A DNA stretch of 62,724 nucleotides, the filler included. It is 4 parts of 4 records of this genome, joined end to end, with 100 filler letters (N's around TTAATTAATTAA, not from the genome) between each part and the next. Parts side by side here need not be neighbours in the genome. Positions count along the whole stretch, not along the records: positions 38,591 to 56,290 come from SRR31156797_5002; 3 more parts are not named here. The stretch is one strand, 5' to 3'. The notes below the pieces were generated by a model. It had not been told where the DNA came from. It ran no database searches and was given only the letters and a program-made list of their open reading frames with translations. Shown in pieces: positions 41,554 to 53,470 of this stretch. Numbering within the stretch: the stretch's first letter is position 1; the number at the start of each line of letters is the position of its first letter. Position numbers and translations under genes: made by a program.

Positions 41554-42960
41554 ATGCCAATTAAAAAAACAAAATATTACATTTTAATTGTCGTTTCTCT
41601 TATATCACTTAGCTTTTGGGGTTGTGCAACTTACTACCAAAAAAACTACCAGCTACAATCGTACATTACAGGTGGAAATTACGCGGCTGCAGATAAACTT
41701 TTAAACAAAGACAAGAAAGGCGAAACAGGTATTAACCGTGTTTTACACTATATGAACAAAGGGCTTGTTAACTTTATGCTGGGTAACTACCAAACCAGTA
41801 ATGAATATTTAAACAAAGCCGATTTATACAACGAAGATTATTCAAAATCATTAGGGACTGAAGCACTTTCTTTGATCTCTAATCCAATGGTAAAACCATA
41901 CAAACCTGAAGATTTTGAAGCAGTAATGGTTCATTATTACAAATCATTAAATTATCTGATGCTTCAAAATTACGAGGAAGCCTTGGTAGAATGTCGTCGT
42001 GTAAATATTCTGCTACAGCAACTAAACGACAAGTATCGCAAGCATAAAAACAAGTATAGTAATGATGCATTTGCCCACAATTTAATGGGAATGATTTATG
42101 ATGCTTCCGGTGATATGAACAATGCGTTTATTGCTTATAGAAATGCATACAATGCCTACGATGGAGAGTATAAAGAACTCTTTGGATTTGACGCTCCGGA
42201 ACAGCTTAAAAAAGATCTTTTACGTACTTCTTATAAAATGGGATTTATGGAAGAATATAATAAGTACAAGGATCTTTTTAATTTATCATATACTCCGGAA
42301 GAGGAAGAGGGTGGCTCATTGGTATTTCTTTGGATGAATGGTTTTGGGCCGGTTAAAGCAGAGTGGAGCATTAATCTTACCAACACTGGTTATAACGACG
42401 GCTGGATTACTTTTGCCAATGAAGATTTAGGTTTTGATTTTCCGGTTTATATTGGCAGTCGTAAAAAAAGTGAGCAAAATGCATTTAAGAACTTATCATT
42501 TCTAAGAATTGCCTTCCCAAAATATGTTGAAAGAAAACCCGTTTATACATATGCTAATATAACTTTTAATCAACAGGAATATCCCCTTGAACTTGCTCAA
42601 AACGTTAATGCTATTGCTTTTCAATCGTTAAAAGATAGAATGGCTCGGGAACTTGCAAATGGTATTGCACGTCTGGCTACAAAAAAAGCACTTGAGAGTC
42701 TTGCTAATCGTGAAAATGAAAACTTAGGCACATTACTAAGCATTGTAAATGCCATCACAGAAAAAGCAGATACCAGAAACTGGCAATCCTTACCATATGC
42801 CATTCACTACACGCGCATTTCATTACCTGCAGGAAAGCAATCTGTTAGCTTAAACCTTAATGGAGAATCGGAATCTTCTGAGAAATTTGAATTTAATATT
42901 GAGAAAGGTAAAACCCTATTTCATTGCTACCACCAACTGGCGTCTTCTACGGCCCATTAA
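41554..42960 (+). CDS. COG3014-like TPR lipoprotein (LpoB-associated)
   Basis: Lipobox FWGC, YKPEDFE, EALVECRR and EKADTRNWQSLP motifs. Confidence 0.7.
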   Translation: MPIKKTKYYILIVVSLISLSFWGCATYYQKNYQLQSYITGGNYAAADKLLNKDKKGETGINRVLHYMNKGLVNFMLGNYQTSNEYLNKADLYNEDYSKSLGTEALSLISNPMVKPYKPEDFEAVMVHYYKSLNYLMLQNYEEALVECRRVNILLQQLNDKYRKHKNKYSNDAFAHNLMGMIYDASGDMNNAFIAYRNAYNAYDGEYKELFGFDAPEQLKKDLLRTSYKMGFMEEYNKYKDLFNLSYTPEEEEGGSLVFLWMNGFGPVKAEWSINLTNTGYNDGWITFANEDLGFDFPVYIGSRKKSEQNAFKNLSFLRIAFPKYVERKPVYTYANITFNQQEYPLELAQNVNAIAFQSLKDRMARELANGIARLATKKALESLANRENENLGTLLSIVNAITEKADTRNWQSLPYAIHYTRISLPAGKQSVSLNLNGESESSEKFEFNIEKGKTLFHCYHQLASSTAH

Positions 42961-43105
42961 GAGTTATTAGAGGAAGGATTACGTTTATTTATCGAAATTT
43001 ACACGAAGAAATATCATTATTTTTGGATTTAGACCTTCTAATATTGTATTTTGGTACACTGAAGTTTTAAATAAATAAACTATTTAGTTAATATCAATAT
43101 TCCAG

Positions 43106-45808
43106 GTGAATTTAGCGGATCATAATTACAATCAGTATCTAAAAAAGTGGAAAAGTCAATTCAGTCTTTTTGCTGAACTCATGAATTGTAGTATGGTTTT
43201 GATCAGCAAGATAAAAGCAGATGCGTTAACTACGCTTGCTTATAGTTCTCCTGAAGAAAACGCTATATTTTACAACCAAAGTCCAGAAAACAGCTTAACA
43301 CAATCAGTGTTAGATGGTCAGAAAGAATTATTAGTTTCTAACTTACAGGAGAATGATACTTATTCTAATTCTGTAGAGAAAAAGGCTGGCCTAAAATGTT
43401 TTTATGCACTTTCAGTTCAAAACAATAAGGGTAACATAATAGGTGCACTCTGCATGTACTCTAAAAACATTAGTTTTTATACTAACGAGCGTATTGCACA
43501 ACTCACCCAGATTAAACTTCAGTTGGAGGCCGATATACAAGTTGCAATTCATGATGACATTACTGAACCTGCTATTTTTGATGATGTATTCAACAAAGAA
43601 GATAAGATAAAGCACTTCCTTAAGTTTTCGCCAATTGGAGTCTTCTTCTATGATACTAATCTGGTTATTACAGATTTGAATCATAAATTTGCTGAAATAT
43701 TAAAGTCTGAGCGAGAAGTGTTACTGGGCTTAAATATGAATTTAATTCACGACAAGCGTGTATTACCTACTTTACATAGTGCTATTTTAGGAGTGGAAGA
43801 TGAATATGAAGGTGAATACATCACATCTACCAGCGGTACTAGTATTGACGTATTAATGAAAACAGCTCCTATACTAGACAGTGACAAAAAAGTAAGCGGT
43901 GGCATAGGAATTATTCAGGATATTTCTATCCGAACTCATATTGAAAAAGCACTCAAAACCAGTGAAAATCAATATCGTGAGCTAGTTGAAAAAATCAATG
44001 ATGTAATATTTTCTATTGATACAACTGGCGTTTGCACCTATGTTAGTCCTGTTATTCAGTTACTCATTGGTCATTCACCTCAGGAAATCATTGGTTATCA
44101 TTTTATAAACTTTATACATGATAACCACAAAATCACTTTTCATGATGCTTTAAATAAAGTATCACAAGGTTCTACTGTAGTTTCTGAAATTAAAATTAAA
44201 GATAACACAGGAGGATATCGCTGGATTAGAAGTTCTATGCGTCCGGTATACAACGAAGATGGTTTATACGCAGGAGCGCATGGTATTGCTCAGGATATTG
44301 AGGAAACAAGACTTGCTGAAATATCTTTACGTGAAAGTGAAGCTCAGTTTAAACTGGTAGCAACTCACCTATCGGACATTATTTATGAGTGGAATCCCAA
44401 TACAGATGAATTAATTTGGTATGGTAACCCCAATATTATTTCAACTAAGCTAAACCATATTACAACTTTCACAGAGTTAAACGAGATTATCTACAAAGAT
44501 GATCAGGAACAAATCAAGGAACTTTGGAATAAGGCATATAGCGACCAGGAAGCCTGGAAATCTGAATTTCGTATACTTAATCCTCCACAAAAAAGTAAAT
44601 ACGTTTCCGGCAGTGGAATCTTGATATTTAAGGACAATAAGCCTCATAAAGGATTTGGAACCTTAACGGATATCTCAAATGAAAAGAAATTACTGGAAAA
44701 CTTAAGATTATCTAACCTTAAGTTGGAAGAAACCATTACAAAAACAAACGGATTATTATCTGCAATACCAGATATGATGCTGGTTTTTGATAAAAATGGG
44801 TTCATAACCGATTTTCATACGAATGATGAACAAACCTTGTTTAAAAGCTCCATTAACTTTTTAAATAAAAATATATTAAATGTATTACCCAAAGAAATAG
44901 CTGAGCTAACCCTGGAAAAAATATCAGGTGTATTACATTCTAAACAGATTGAAACCTACAAATACAAATTAAGAATTAATGGACATAAGGATACATTTGA
45001 AACACGAATGGTATACTTAAATGAGCTTCATACATTGGCTATTGTTCGGAATATAACACAAGAAGAAAAAGCTAAACTGGATTTAATAAAAGCTAAAGAA
45101 AAGGCAGAAGAAAGTGACAGACTAAAATCATCTTTTTTGGCAAACATGTCTCATGAAATCAGAACTCCAATGAATGGTATCATTGGTTTTTCTGAGTTAC
45201 TTTCCAATAAAACACTAAATCCAACTGAAAGAGAATATTACACTTCGGTTATTGTTAAAAGTGGGCATCAGCTTCTGGAAATAATAAACGATGTATTGGA
45301 GATTTCTAAAATAGAAACAGGTCAGTTGGAAGTAAACCAATCGGCAGTAAATCTTTATCAACTATTAGAGTCATTAGTCGATTTCTTTAAACCCAAAGCC
45401 ATAGAAAAATTTGTAGAACTGAATATATGTGTTCCTGATGAATTAAAGAATACGGTGCTGCTCACTGATGAAGGAAAGCTGAAGCAAATTCTCAATAATT
45501 TAATTAGCAACTCCGTTAAGTTTACATCGAATGGAAATATCAATATAGGGTTTTCTGTTGTGAACGACAGTTATTTAGAGTTTTATGTAGAAGATAACGG
45601 TATTGGTATTGCCAAGGATGAGCAAAAAAACATATTTGAACGCTTTACGCAAGCTAACCCCAAAATTACGCGTCAGCATGGAGGTACCGGTTTGGGTTTA
45701 TCCATATCTCAAAGTCTGGTTGAAATGCTTAGGGGAAAAATATGGGTTGATTCTGAGTTAGATAAAGGAGCTAAATTTTCTTTTTCTCTTCCTTATAAAA
45801 AGCCCTAA
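43106..45808 (+). CDS. Cytoplasmic GAF/multi-PAS sensor histidine kinase
   Basis: GAF-like N-terminus, about four PAS domains, [20 protein letters not shown] and GGTGLGLSI. Confidence 0.9.
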   Translation: MNLADHNYNQYLKKWKSQFSLFAELMNCSMVLISKIKADALTTLAYSSPEENAIFYNQSPENSLTQSVLDGQKELLVSNLQENDTYSNSVEKKAGLKCFYALSVQNNKGNIIGALCMYSKNISFYTNERIAQLTQIKLQLEADIQVAIHDDITEPAIFDDVFNKEDKIKHFLKFSPIGVFFYDTNLVITDLNHKFAEILKSEREVLLGLNMNLIHDKRVLPTLHSAILGVEDEYEGEYITSTSGTSIDVLMKTAPILDSDKKVSGGIGIIQDISIRTHIEKALKTSENQYRELVEKINDVIFSIDTTGVCTYVSPVIQLLIGHSPQEIIGYHFINFIHDNHKITFHDALNKVSQGSTVVSEIKIKDNTGGYRWIRSSMRPVYNEDGLYAGAHGIAQDIEETRLAEISLRESEAQFKLVATHLSDIIYEWNPNTDELIWYGNPNIISTKLNHITTFTELNEIIYKDDQEQIKELWNKAYSDQEAWKSEFRILNPPQKSKYVSGSGILIFKDNKPHKGFGTLTDISNEKKLLENLRLSNLKLEETITKTNGLLSAIPDMMLVFDKNGFITDFHTNDEQTLFKSSINFLNKNILNVLPKEIAELTLEKISGVLHSKQIETYKYKLRINGHKDTFETRMVYLNELHTLAIVRNITQEEKAKLDLIKAKEKAEESDRLKSSFLANMSHEIRTPMNGIIGFSELLSNKTLNPTEREYYTSVIVKSGHQLLEIINDVLEISKIETGQLEVNQSAVNLYQLLESLVDFFKPKAIEKFVELNICVPDELKNTVLLTDEGKLKQILNNLISNSVKFTSNGNINIGFSVVNDSYLEFYVEDNGIGIAKDEQKNIFERFTQANPKITRQHGGTGLGLSISQSLVEMLRGKIWVDSELDKGAKFSFSLPYKKP

Positions 45809-45810
45809 CG

Positions 45811-46428
45811 TTACCTTGTAGTTATAAAGTTGCATTTCACCGAATCCACCTTCTCAAATCGATTTATCACTTTCTCCACTTCCGACTGTCTTAATGCAAA
45901 CTCAATCACACAATTTAAATCAAACTGCTGATTAGTAATATTAATATTTTCTTCTTTTACAATCCGCATAACATCATTCATAGCCAAATAATCAAATGCG
46001 ATTTCATAAACATCATCCACTGTTTTTTCAATGATGGTCGCATTATTTATGGCATCAATCGTGGCTTCTTTGTAGGCATGAATTAATCCTGGTACACCTA
46101 ATTTAGTTCCTCCAAAATAACGAATTACCACTACAAGTATGTTAGTTAATTCATTTGATTTTAATTGCCCATGAATGGGTTTACCTGCCGTTCCAGAAGG
46201 TTCCCCATCATCATTTGCCCTATATCTTAAACCATCTGTACCCAATTGCCATGCAAAACAATGGTGGCGGGCATCGTAATATTCCTCCCTTAAGTGCTTA
46301 ACTATATCCTTTATTTCTTCTTCTGAATATACTGGGTAGGCATATGAAATAAATTTGCTTCCTTTTTCTTTATAAATCCCTTCCGATGATGCCTCTATGG
46401 TTTTATATAAATCAATATTTTCTGCCAT
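45811..46428 (-). CDS. yigZ: YigZ/IMPACT family protein
   Basis: KGSKFISY, ARHHCFAW, DDGEPSGTAG and RYFGGTKLG motifs. Confidence 0.92.
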   Translation of the reverse strand: MAENIDLYKTIEASSEGIYKEKGSKFISYAYPVYSEEEIKDIVKHLREEYYDARHHCFAWQLGTDGLRYRANDDGEPSGTAGKPIHGQLKSNELTNILVVVIRYFGGTKLGVPGLIHAYKEATIDAINNATIIEKTVDDVYEIAFDYLAMNDVMRIVKEENINITNQQFDLNCVIEFALRQSEVEKVINRFEKVDSVKCNFITTR

Positions 46429-46498
46429 TCGAATACTAATACCCTTCTTTATTTAATAATCACACAAACTTACAAAAAATACATCCCTATCAAAAAAC

Positions 46499-46537
46499 AT
46501 CAAAAGGCTATCCTTACCACAAGAATAGCCTTTTGAT
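46499..46537 (-). terminator. Terminator hairpin after the NigD-like gene
   Basis: ATCAAAAGGCTAT...ATAGCCTTTTGAT inverted repeat. Confidence 0.65.
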
Positions 46538-46555
46538 TAAATTGTATATAAATTT

Positions 46556-47245
46556 TTATTCTACTTCATACTCTAAATTAAAATCCTGCTCCTGAGAATC
46601 CCCGCTATTAATCCTGAGTGTAAATTCTATTACATTATCTTCATCCATTTCAGACCACATTTGTAGCTGACTGATATTAAACGAATATAAACCTGCTACA
46701 TATTCATCATCATCATTAACTTCAGGATAATAATTACGTAATTCAAGAATTACAGGCTCCCCTTCTTCTTGAATTGTTTCGTCATAACATAAAGAAAAAA
46801 CATGATCTCCTTCCTCCTGCTCATAAACAAGTTCGAGGTTTAAATAATCACCACCAACCAAAGGATATGCACTTAATTGAACAAAACCATTGCCAATCGT
46901 ATCTCTGCTATTTTCGTTTAATGCTACCAAGTCTCCTTCTTCTACATAGTATAATTGCTCAAGATTAACAAGGTAATCATAGATTCCTCCAGCATTTTCC
47001 TCCTCTATGGTAAAAGTTATTACTACTCTGTCATTTTCTTCAAACTGTAAATCCGAATCATCAAATTCATTCATCTTTAATACCAATCCTCCATCGGTTG
47101 TGGCGTAATAAACATCTCCAATTGTATACATATTACTCCAGGCCGAATAGTATATTGGTTGCGGGTCTTCGTCTTCCAAACAACTATACAGACCTGTTGA
47201 AACCAATACCATTAAAAAGATAAATCCTAATTTAAAATTTCTCAT
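46556..47245 (-). CDS. NigD-like acidic lipoprotein
   Basis: Lipobox LYSC, TDGG..RVVITF OB-like N-terminus, YLNL, HVFSL and ILELR. Confidence 0.65.
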   Translation of the reverse strand: MRNFKLGFIFLMVLVSTGLYSCLEDEDPQPIYYSAWSNMYTIGDVYYATTDGGLVLKMNEFDDSDLQFEENDRVVITFTIEEENAGGIYDYLVNLEQLYYVEEGDLVALNENSRDTIGNGFVQLSAYPLVGGDYLNLELVYEQEEGDHVFSLCYDETIQEEGEPVILELRNYYPEVNDDDEYVAGLYSFNISQLQMWSEMDEDNVIEFTLRINSGDSQEQDFNLEYEVE

Positions 47246-47352
47246 TGTATAAAATGTGTGTTTAATATTTTGTTACTTTATATTGTGATAGCAATTACAC
47301 CAAAAGGTTGCGTTAACTTTTCTATTATTTTAGTCTAAAATTACTAATTAAT

Positions 47353-48189
47353 ATGGCTTCTGAAAGCTCAAACAAATCATATTGTTGCCAAATAACAATT
47401 GGAGAGCAAGCTCAAAACATTGATTACAAAAACATAAAAGAAGTATATGAAGTAATTCGAGTAGAAAACAAAGTTCCGGTATTTCTCGATGATCATATGC
47501 ACAGATTAAATAATAGTTTTAAGCGACTAAACATTTCTAATATTTTTTATCCGGAACAATTAACTAAAGCAATTCATCAATTCATCATCAACGATCAGAT
47601 TATAAATAACAATATTAGAGTTTCATGTTTACTAAACCCTGATAACTCTTGCAATTATTATATATATAGGGTTAAATCATCATATCCCACTTCGCTTATG
47701 TATAAAAATGGAGTAGATACGATTTTATTGCATGCAGAAAGAAAAAATCCTAACATTAAAATTGGCCATACACAGGTGAGAGAAACTGCCAACAAAGAAA
47801 TATTAGAACGACATGTATTTGAGAGCCTATTGGTTAATCATGATGATGAAATTACAGAGGGTAGTCGTTCTAACGTTTTTTTTGTTCATAATAATCAAAT
47901 TATTACAGCTCCGGATAATTTGGTGCTTCAAGGAATAATCAGAAGTAAGGTGATTGAAATTTGCCAACAAAATGAGTTGCCATTAATTTATAAATGTCTA
48001 CCTATTGGTGAATTAAAAGATGTACAAGCAGCTTTTATTACAGGAACCTCATCGCGCGTTTTACCTTTAAGATCCATTGATAATGTGGCCTTAAGCACAG
48101 ATCATCCCTATATAATTCAGTTAAAGGAATTACTTAAGCAGAAAGTACAGCACTATATCCAAAACGATACCAACAAATTATCGAAATAA
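47353..48189 (+). CDS. Aminotransferase class IV (PabC/IlvE-like)
   Basis: VYEVIRV, HMHRL, ITEGSRSNVFF, LQGIIR and FITGTS motifs. Confidence 0.85.
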   Translation: MASESSNKSYCCQITIGEQAQNIDYKNIKEVYEVIRVENKVPVFLDDHMHRLNNSFKRLNISNIFYPEQLTKAIHQFIINDQIINNNIRVSCLLNPDNSCNYYIYRVKSSYPTSLMYKNGVDTILLHAERKNPNIKIGHTQVRETANKEILERHVFESLLVNHDDEITEGSRSNVFFVHNNQIITAPDNLVLQGIIRSKVIEICQQNELPLIYKCLPIGELKDVQAAFITGTSSRVLPLRSIDNVALSTDHPYIIQLKELLKQKVQHYIQNDTNKLSK

Positions 48190-48636
48190 ACGCTCATCAA
48201 AATGAAAAGATTCTATATATTTAATCTTTACCCTGTTAAAATCAGCATGAAGCGGATTAATAATGATATTATAATCACCATGAACTACTGCGGACGGTAC
48301 TTTTAAATACAAGAATTTTCCTTCTTCTACAAACTCCTCTCCTATCTCCTGAGTAACTTTTGAATAAGGAAAATAATTCCAACTACTTGGTAGTTTATTT
48401 GCTTCTATAGTTTTAAAAGGAACATTGTCAGGTATTTCTATTGTTATTAATTGATAATCCTTTGGTAATATTCCCATGGGTGTATGTACAGCTATTTCTG
48501 CAGTACACAAAGCCCTGGAATCTGAAGTATACAAAACACGCGTGCCTTTATAATTCCAACGGCCACCAGTTAATTCTGCACCAATACCTGATAAATCACT
48601 GGCATACCTTTTTACAGCTAAACGATAAACCATCAT
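48178..48636 (-). CDS. RES-domain toxin (type II toxin-antitoxin; NAD+-consuming family)
   Basis: VYRL, GGRWN, LYTS, AE, VPSAV and NIIINPLH motifs. Confidence 0.88.
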   Translation of the reverse strand: MMVYRLAVKRYASDLSGIGAELTGGRWNYKGTRVLYTSDSRALCTAEIAVHTPMGILPKDYQLITIEIPDNVPFKTIEANKLPSSWNYFPYSKVTQEIGEEFVEEGKFLYLKVPSAVVHGDYNIIINPLHADFNRVKIKYIESFHFDERLFR

Positions 48637-49046
48637 GCTAAAATACCGTGCTCTATTTTTAGCAATTCGTCCTTAATCATATTAATACCAAAGGTATTAT
48701 CCAATAAAGAAATGGGTTCAATACCTCCTAGAGACACACTACGGGTATTTAACCAACTTATAAACTTATCATTATCTCCAAATAGCTCAAGCCCCTTTTT
48801 AAACAATAACATCACCAACAGTAAGCGTTCGGTATGTATAGAATCAAACTTCTTTTTTTCACGTTTATAGCGCTGCATAGTTCGTTCTGATACATTTAAT
48901 ATTTTGGACCAGTCGTAACTACTCAATGGAACCTGTGTAGATAAACGATCAAATGTATCGTAGTCCACTCCTTCACGGGTAGTATGTATCAATTTAAATA
49001 CATCTCTGTTGTCTAAAGACTTAAATGTTAAACGCTCTGCTCCCAT
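48633..49046 (-). CDS. Xre/MbcA/ParS-type antitoxin
   Basis: HTH ILNVSERTMQRY and C-terminal WLNT..SLGG..PISLLD..GI...L.KIEHGILA; ATGA overlap with the toxin. Confidence 0.88.
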   Translation of the reverse strand: MGAERLTFKSLDNRDVFKLIHTTREGVDYDTFDRLSTQVPLSSYDWSKILNVSERTMQRYKREKKKFDSIHTERLLLVMLLFKKGLELFGDNDKFISWLNTRSVSLGGIEPISLLDNTFGINMIKDELLKIEHGILA

Positions 49047-49063
49047 ACCATTATAATTTATTT

Positions 49064-49104
49064 CAAATTTACGACATTTTTTACATTAAACACGTCATTT
49101 GTCG
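49064..49104 (-). promoter_or_regulatory. Toxin-antitoxin promoter (-7 TAAATTTG) with adjacent candidate operators
   Basis: CAAATTTA at 49064-49071 (+ strand), CGACATTT at 49072-49079 and imperfect palindrome CGTCATTTGTCG at 49093-49104. Confidence 0.5.
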
Positions 49105-49117
49105 GGTTTGTTTATAC

Positions 49118-49148
49118 AAAAAAGCCGATGATGTATATCACCGGCTTT
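49118..49148 (-). terminator. Intrinsic terminator after icd
   Basis: AAAGCCGATGAT-GTAT-ATCACCGGCTTT hairpin with A tract on the + strand. Confidence 0.7.
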
Positions 49149-49169
49149 GATTTTATAGATTATTCAATA

Positions 49170-51434
<2,265 letters not shown>

Positions 51435-51506
51435 TTATATTGGTTATTATATTGTTATCGATTATAGAACCATGCAAAAAACAATAAGCAAGCTACATAG
51501 TTCATC

Positions 51507-53242
51507 TTATTCTACATCTAAATCAAACTTTTTCGTTAATAGCAACAAGGCAGGATTTTTCTTCGCCATTAATTTGGCTTTATCCGCAGCCGTAAACGCT
51601 TTGGTATGCTTTTGCTCCCCTTGCATTAAAGATGTTTTCAACTCCAGTGAAGCATTTTTAAGTTCTACTTTTAGAAAAGTAAAAATAGTCGTCTTTTCTG
51701 CCTGTAATTCCTTTTCCTGGGTTACATTTTTCAGTTCAACACTTAGCACATGACCATCCTGTAATTGAGGAATATGGTTATTCATGATACTGGTTAAGCG
51801 AAGATTATTCGCTTCAACTTGCTTGGCATATTTTAACCAGGCTCTTTTCACAGACTCTTCTGAAACCGGATTATTCCAGCTTGGATCAATCTTGATTTCT
51901 TCTTTTTTCTCTTCTTTAGTCTGTTTTTGCTTTGTACTCCCTAAATCCTGACCTCCTTGCAATGCTGCCTTCAGAGAAATGGTTTTTAAAGGGCTTTTTT
52001 GAACTCCACCTGATATTGGTTTCGTTTCTTTTGTAACGGATTTCACAGGTCGTTTATTCCCTGCTGGCGCTGCACCGGTTGAACTTACTTTTTGATCACT
52101 CCCCCCGGAACCGTTTTTCTGCCTCGCCTTTTTCGCTACTTTTTTCTTTGCTCTTCCAGTACTCTGGATGCCTTTATTAAAGCAAACTCGACGTGTAATC
52201 TTTTATTTTTAGCGACTCTATACTGTAAATCGCAATCGTTGGTAATATTCAGGGCATCAATTAAAAAATCAACACTACTTTTTTGCGCTTGCTCGGCATA
52301 CTTTTCTTTCACCTTTGCCCCAACATCCATTAACTGAATAGTGGCAGGATCTTTACACACCAGCAAATCTCTGAAGTGTGAACTTAATCCTGAAATAAAG
52401 TGATGCGCATCAAAGCCTCTTTTTAATATTTCATCAAAGATTAATAAAGTTTGCGTGGTATCTTCTGCCAGAAATGCATCAACTAATCTGAAATAGAAAT
52501 CATAATCCAGTACATTCAGATTATCTATCACCTGCTGATAACTGATGTTTTTACCCGAGAAAGCAACAATCTGATCGAAGATCGATAATGCATCCCGCAT
52601 AGCTCCATCTGCCTTTTGAGCGATTACGGTTAATCCTTCATCCTCTGCTTCTATTCCTTCGCTTTGCGCTACATATTTTAAATGACCAACGGCATCTTCA
52701 ATCGTTATCCTATTGAAATCATAAATCTGACAACGAGACAAAATGGTTGGTAAAATCTTATGCTTTTCGGTGGTTGCCAATATAAAAATGGCATGCTTTG
52801 GTGGTTCTTCTAATGTTTTAAGGAAAGCATTAAACGCCGCCTGCGACAACATATGAACCTCATCGATGATATACACACTATAACTGCCAATTTGAGGCGG
52901 AACCCGAACTTTATCAATCAGGCTTCTAATATCCTCAACCGAGTTATTGGATGCACCATCTAATTCGTGAATATTATAAGATCGATTTTCGTTGAACGAA
53001 GCACATGATTCGCATTCGTTACAAGCTTCAAAATCGGCTGTTATATTAGAACAGTTTATGGTTTTAGCAAAAATCCGAGCACAGGTCGTTTTACCAACTC
53101 CACGTGGTCCGCAAAACAAGTAAGCATGTGCTAACTGACTGCCCTTTATGGCATTTTTTAAAGTTGTGGTAATGTTCTGTTGTCCAACTACTGAAACAAA
53201 TGTCGAAGGACGGTATTTACGGGCTGATACAATATAGTTCAT
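51507..53242 (-). CDS. dnaX: DNA polymerase III gamma/tau; 368 aa in frame 0, about 578 aa via a -1 frameshift at 52139-52145
   Basis: ARKYRP, GPRGVGKTT, IIDEVHML and SRC motifs; A AAA AAG TAG at the end of frame 0; the -1 frame is open for 210 codons to the stop at 51507. Confidence 0.9.
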
Positions 53243-53263
53243 GTATATTTTTTTTGCTATGCG

Positions 53264-53271
53264 CAAATATA
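53264..53271 (-). promoter_or_regulatory. Bacteroidota -7 element (TATATTTG) for dnaX
   Basis: TAnnTTTG match; supports ATG 53242 rather than TTG 53266 as the start. Confidence 0.6.
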
Positions 53272-53470
53272 AAATTTAAAAACGGGGGATGCAATCTGAA
53301 TGAAAGGTAATAGGGTGCTATCCAAAAATTATTAAAAAGTTCCCATCCGTAAAATCAGAGGATTGAAGAAGTTTAGGAACAAACGCTTAACAAAATAAAA
53401 TTATATGAGAATAATCAAGACTTTTTAGATCAGAATCACTTGTATTCATTTGGGCTCCTTATGTTTTGAA

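Noticed and set aside
51507-52046. 179-aa ORF as an independent gene
   Set aside because: Its frame is open upstream to the dnaX slippery site, so it is better explained as the tau C-terminal extension.
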